DNA from: Candidatus Omnitrophota bacterium
GTDB lineage: Bacteria > Omnitrophota > Gorgyraeia > DTHP01
Direction: 5' to 3'
NCBI GenBank assembly: GCA_037442605.1
Contig: JBBIPY010000002.1
Location: 1-38,809 of the forward strand
Length of the DNA: 38,809 bases
Made by a program: the position numbers and the translations under genes
Notes under the pieces: generated by a model
Told to the model about the DNA's origin: nothing
What the model saw: only the letters and a program-made list of their open reading frames with translations
The model's database searches: none
Shown here: in pieces, positions 35,363 to 38,809 of the stretch
How the letters are laid out: each line of letters opens with the position of its first letter
How positions within the stretch are numbered: the first letter of the stretch is position 1

Positions 35363-35381
35363 AGAATATAGCTGTTTTATC

Positions 35382-36374
35382 TTACTTCTTCATCCAGGGC
35401 ATCATCTCACGCAGTCTCTTTCCCACTTCCTCTATCTGATGCCTGTCGCCTTCCTCAAGCAACTTATTAAATACCGGCCTGCCCGCTTCGTTTTCCTTAA
35501 TCCATTCCCGGGCGAATTTGCCGGATTTGATGTCCTTGAGGAGTTTCTGCATTGTCTTGCGGGTCTTTGCGCTGATAATTTTCGGACCGCGGGTGATATC
35601 GCCATAACAGGCGGTATTGGAAACCCTGCGCCGCATCCCGGAAATCCCCACTTCCTGAATTAAATCCGTAATCAGTTTTAACTCATGCAGAACTTCAAAA
35701 TAGGCAATCTCCGGCTGATATCCTGCCTCAATTAACGTGTCAAATCCCGCCTTGATGAGTTCGGTTACGCCTCCGCAGAGCACTGCCTGTTCGCCAAAGA
35801 GGTCGGTTTCGGTCTCCTCGTCAAAGGTCGTCTCAATTACACCGGCACGCGTAGCGCCGATTGCCCTGGCATAGGCTAAAGCCAATTTAAGCGCATTGCC
35901 GCCGGCGTCCTGAAACACCGCCACCAAAGAAGGAACGCCTTTGCCCTCTTCATACATACGCCTCACCAATGCCCCGGGTCCTTTGGGAGCGACCATAAAC
36001 ACATCCACTTTCTTCGGCGGCTTTATCTGCTTAAAGCGGATATTGAAACCGTGAGAAAAACAAAGGGCTTTGCCTTTTTTCAAATATGGCTTAATCGCTT
36101 CTTTATAAACCTTCGCCTGAACATGGTCCTGGGTTAGTATCTGAATAATATCAGCTGCCTTTGCCGCCTCGGCTGCGGGAACCGGCTCAAATCCGTCTTC
36201 TTTTGCCTGCTCAAAATTGGGCGTTCCTTCTAATTCTGAAACTATCACCCGGCACCCCGAATCACGCAGACATAATGCCTGGCCACGTCCCTGGATACCG
36301 TAACCGATAATCGCAATCGTCTTATCCTTTAAGAAACCTAAATCCGCATCGTTATCATAATAAATCTTCGCCAT
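35382..36374 (-). CDS. ilvC: Ketol-acid reductoisomerase
   Basis: [21 protein letters not shown] motif; class I length (330 aa). Confidence 0.95.
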   Translation of the reverse strand: MAKIYYDNDADLGFLKDKTIAIIGYGIQGRGQALCLRDSGCRVIVSELEGTPNFEQAKEDGFEPVPAAEAAKAADIIQILTQDHVQAKVYKEAIKPYLKKGKALCFSHGFNIRFKQIKPPKKVDVFMVAPKGPGALVRRMYEEGKGVPSLVAVFQDAGGNALKLALAYARAIGATRAGVIETTFDEETETDLFGEQAVLCGGVTELIKAGFDTLIEAGYQPEIAYFEVLHELKLITDLIQEVGISGMRRRVSNTACYGDITRGPKIISAKTRKTMQKLLKDIKSGKFAREWIKENEAGRPVFNKLLEEGDRHQIEEVGKRLREMMPWMKK

Positions 36375-36483
36375 TTTTGCCTCCCGTTAATCACGTTTAT
36401 CGCTGAACTACGCAGAACTCTACGCAGAACCACGCACAACCTGTATGGCGTAGTTCCGCGTTTTATTCCGCGTGGTTCCGCGA

Positions 36484-36963
36484 TTATTTTGACATCGCCA
36501 CCCTTCCCGTCCTCACCAATTCTTTAACCCCAAACGGCTCCAGGGCGGCTAATAATTCCCTGACCTGGTGTTGTTCGCCGACTGCCTCGATAATCGCTGT
36601 ATTCGTCTCGGGGCTGTGCTGGATTAATTTTGCCACGTATTTACTGAGAATAGTCTCTAATTTATCTTTATCCTTGGCAGGGCAATTCATCTTGGCTAAA
36701 ATGAGCTCCCTATCCACATGCTCTTTTTTGGTGAAATCCGTAACTTTAATCACGTCAATTAATTTATTCAGTTGTTTCTTTATCTGCTCAAGCACCCGCT
36801 CTTCCTCTGCCTCTACCACCATTGTCATATAGGAAATAGCCGGATCCAGCGTCTCGGATACTGCCAGAGAGGCGATATTATAACCCCGCGCGCTAAAAAG
36901 TCCGGCAATGCGCGCCAGTACCCCGGGTCTGTTTTCCACTAAGAGGGAAAGTGTGTGTCTCAT
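36484..36963 (-). CDS. ilvN: Acetolactate synthase small (regulatory) subunit
   Basis: N-terminal ACT domain (HTLSLLVENRPGVLARIAGLFSARGYNI) plus the ALS_ss_C region. Confidence 0.95.
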   Translation of the reverse strand: MRHTLSLLVENRPGVLARIAGLFSARGYNIASLAVSETLDPAISYMTMVVEAEEERVLEQIKKQLNKLIDVIKVTDFTKKEHVDRELILAKMNCPAKDKDKLETILSKYVAKLIQHSPETNTAIIEAVGEQHQVRELLAALEPFGVKELVRTGRVAMSK

Positions 36964-37077
36964 TCGTCGCTTCGCTCCTCATAACACAAATTTCCACAAA
37001 TCAAAAGCCAAATTATTTTATTCGTGATGGTAATTCGACCTGTCCGCCAAGTATTATGGCGGATAAAAATTCGTGTC

Positions 37078-38760
37078 TCAGGCCATAGACCCAATCATCT
37101 CGGAAATGGACTTTCCGGCGGGAACCATCGGGTAGACATTTTCTTCTTCTTCCACCGCAAAATCAATCATTACCACATTGTCAACGGCAATCGCCTTCTC
37201 TATCGCCGGTCTAACCTCTTCTTTTTTGGTCACCCGCATCCCCACCGCTCCGTAGGCCTCGGCTAATTTGACAAAATCGGGATTGTGCAGACAGGTATAA
37301 GCATAACGCTTCTTATAAAAAAGCTCCTGCCACTGCCGCACCATACCCAGGTAGCAGTTGTTTAAGATGGCAATCTTTACGGGTATCTTATTATGCACCG
37401 CCGTAGCCAGTTCCTGGATATTCATCTGGATTGAGCCGTCACCGGCAATGTCAAAAACGATTTTATCCGGCCGGCCCAATTTCGCACCAAGGGAGGCGGG
37501 AAAACCATAACCCATAGTTCCCAGACCGCCGCTGGAAATCAAGGTCCGCGGATAATCGTATTTATACCACTGCGCCGCCCACATCTGATTCTGCCCCACC
37601 TCGGTACAGATTATCGCCTCACCGCGCGTAGCCTCATAGATCTGTTCAATGACAAACTGCGGCTTTAATTTCCCGTCTTGTTTATAAGTCAAGGGGTGTT
37701 TGGCTTTCCATTCCTGGACCTGGTCCAGCCATTTTCCCGTATCAGGTTTTTCCAAAACTTTATTCAACTCCCTCAGAATATTTTTGGCATCGCCCACCAC
37801 GGGAATATCCACCTCCACATTCTTGCTGATGGATGTGGGGTCAATATCAATGTGGATAATCTTGGCATGGGGAGCAAAGGCATCCACTTTTCCGGTCACG
37901 CGGTCGTCAAAACGCGAACCGATGGCAATCAACAAATCCGCTGCCTGCACTGTATGATTGGCATAGGCAGTGCCGTGCATCCCCAGCATTCCCAGGGACA
38001 GCTCGTGCGTCGAGGGAAAGGCGCCCAGACCCAGAAGGGTGGTCGTAACCGGGGCCTCAATCTTCTCTGCCAACTCCTTTAATTCAGATGAGGCGCCGGA
38101 GATAATCACCCCTCCACCCGCATAAATTACCGGTTTCTTGGATTCTTTTATCGCCTTAGCCGCGCGTTTAATCTGTCCGGGATGCCCAAAATATGTGGGC
38201 TTATAACCCCGAATGTTTATCTCCGCGGGATAATTAAATTCCGCCTCCGCCATAGAGACATCCACCGGGACATCAATTAACACCGGCCCTGGCCTTCCTG
38301 TGGAGGCAATATGGAATGCCTCTTTCACGACACGGGCTAAATCCTCCACATTTTTGACTAAGTAATTATACTTGGTAATCGGCCGCGTAATTCCCACCAC
38401 ATCGGCTTCCTGAAAGGCATCGTTACCGATAAGGAAGGTCTTGACCTGTCCGGTGATTGCCACCAGAGGCACCGAATCCATATAGGCATTGGCAATGCCG
38501 GTGGTAAGATTGGCTGCTCCCGGACCGGAGGTGGCAATACAGACCCCCGTCTTTCCTGTGGCGCGGGCATAGCCGTCCGCTGCGTGCGCTGCACCCTGCT
38601 CATGCCGGGTCAAGATAAACCTCAAAGGGGTGTCATAAAGAACATCAAAAATCGGCAGCACCACCCCCCCGGGGTAGCCAAACATAACCTCTACCCCTTC
38701 CTTGAGTAAAGATTCGATTAAGATTTTTGCGCCGGTCAGTTTCATAACACGAATTCCCAC
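37078..38760 (-). CDS. ilvB: Acetolactate synthase large subunit
   Basis: ThDP-enzyme motifs ([17 protein letters not shown]); 560 aa. Likely ATG at 38745 (MKLTGAK). Confidence 0.95.
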   Translation of the reverse strand: MGIRVMKLTGAKILIESLLKEGVEVMFGYPGGVVLPIFDVLYDTPLRFILTRHEQGAAHAADGYARATGKTGVCIATSGPGAANLTTGIANAYMDSVPLVAITGQVKTFLIGNDAFQEADVVGITRPITKYNYLVKNVEDLARVVKEAFHIASTGRPGPVLIDVPVDVSMAEAEFNYPAEINIRGYKPTYFGHPGQIKRAAKAIKESKKPVIYAGGGVIISGASSELKELAEKIEAPVTTTLLGLGAFPSTHELSLGMLGMHGTAYANHTVQAADLLIAIGSRFDDRVTGKVDAFAPHAKIIHIDIDPTSISKNVEVDIPVVGDAKNILRELNKVLEKPDTGKWLDQVQEWKAKHPLTYKQDGKLKPQFVIEQIYEATRGEAIICTEVGQNQMWAAQWYKYDYPRTLISSGGLGTMGYGFPASLGAKLGRPDKIVFDIAGDGSIQMNIQELATAVHNKIPVKIAILNNCYLGMVRQWQELFYKKRYAYTCLHNPDFVKLAEAYGAVGMRVTKKEEVRPAIEKAIAVDNVVMIDFAVEEEENVYPMVPAGKSISEMIGSMA

Positions 38761-38809
38761 GAATTCGCCTCTTCGTTCCTGGTTTGAACGAGGCTCACGC
38801 GAATTTCCA

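Noticed and set aside
1-38809. tRNA, rRNA, tmRNA or a known riboswitch in the larger spacers (5554..5928, 17443..17768, 25173..25393, 35192..35381)
   Set aside because: I could find no cloverleaf-compatible acceptor/T-arm pairs or conserved riboswitch cores by eye. The spacers are explained by word repeats, relics and hairpins. A cmscan/tRNAscan run would be the decisive check.

Overview
38.8 kb of bacterial DNA, coded almost entirely on the minus strand. There is no rRNA, tRNA or CRISPR, so the lineage cannot be placed. Coordinates I derived by hand are good to about +/-2 nt; CDS coordinates follow the ORF track.

Backbone genes: ilvB-ilvN-ilvC, leuA, aroE, aroC, aroK, an aspartate aminotransferase, a second HMGL-type synthase, purC, greA, sua5/tsaC, an OmpA/LysM/PG-binding envelope cluster, an MFS transporter, an NtrC-type (sigma-54-dependent) two-component pair, and an ECF sigma/anti-sigma pair with spoVG.

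Accessory material between these genes:
(1) A ~10 kb island sits between ilvC and leuA (25.3-35.4 kb). It holds eight unknown-function genes plus two leader-only relics. All begin with a hydrophobic anchor followed by an [AGT/I]RR[VMAIS][KR] motif. Three share a ~45-aa leader (VHPGGGDSGxYSxSC...G[AT]RR[AV]R). A near-consensus sigma-54 promoter precedes the island, and a PIN toxin-antitoxin cassette has replaced the body of one paralog. This is my best candidate for an undescribed system.
(2) A 138-bp multi-hairpin element occurs twice at 100% identity. One copy sits in the centre of a palindrome. The other sits at a deletion junction between a DUF2294 stub and a PEP carboxykinase relic.
(3) A 101-bp MITE (12-bp TIRs, CTAG target duplication) disrupts a four-helix-bundle (23S-IVS-type) gene, which is itself bracketed by inverted heptamer arrays.
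(4) An AT-rich type II R-M pair lies between aroK and spoVG.
(5) A minimal nucleotidyltransferase is paired with a small overlapping ORF.
(6) Several genes are decayed: a frameshifted DUF2294, and a 5'-truncated, A7-frameshifted ArsB/NhaD permease.
(7) Intergenic regions are built from short words (often heptamers) repeated directly and inverted, plus a hairpin family with conserved ACC-loop-GGT cores.
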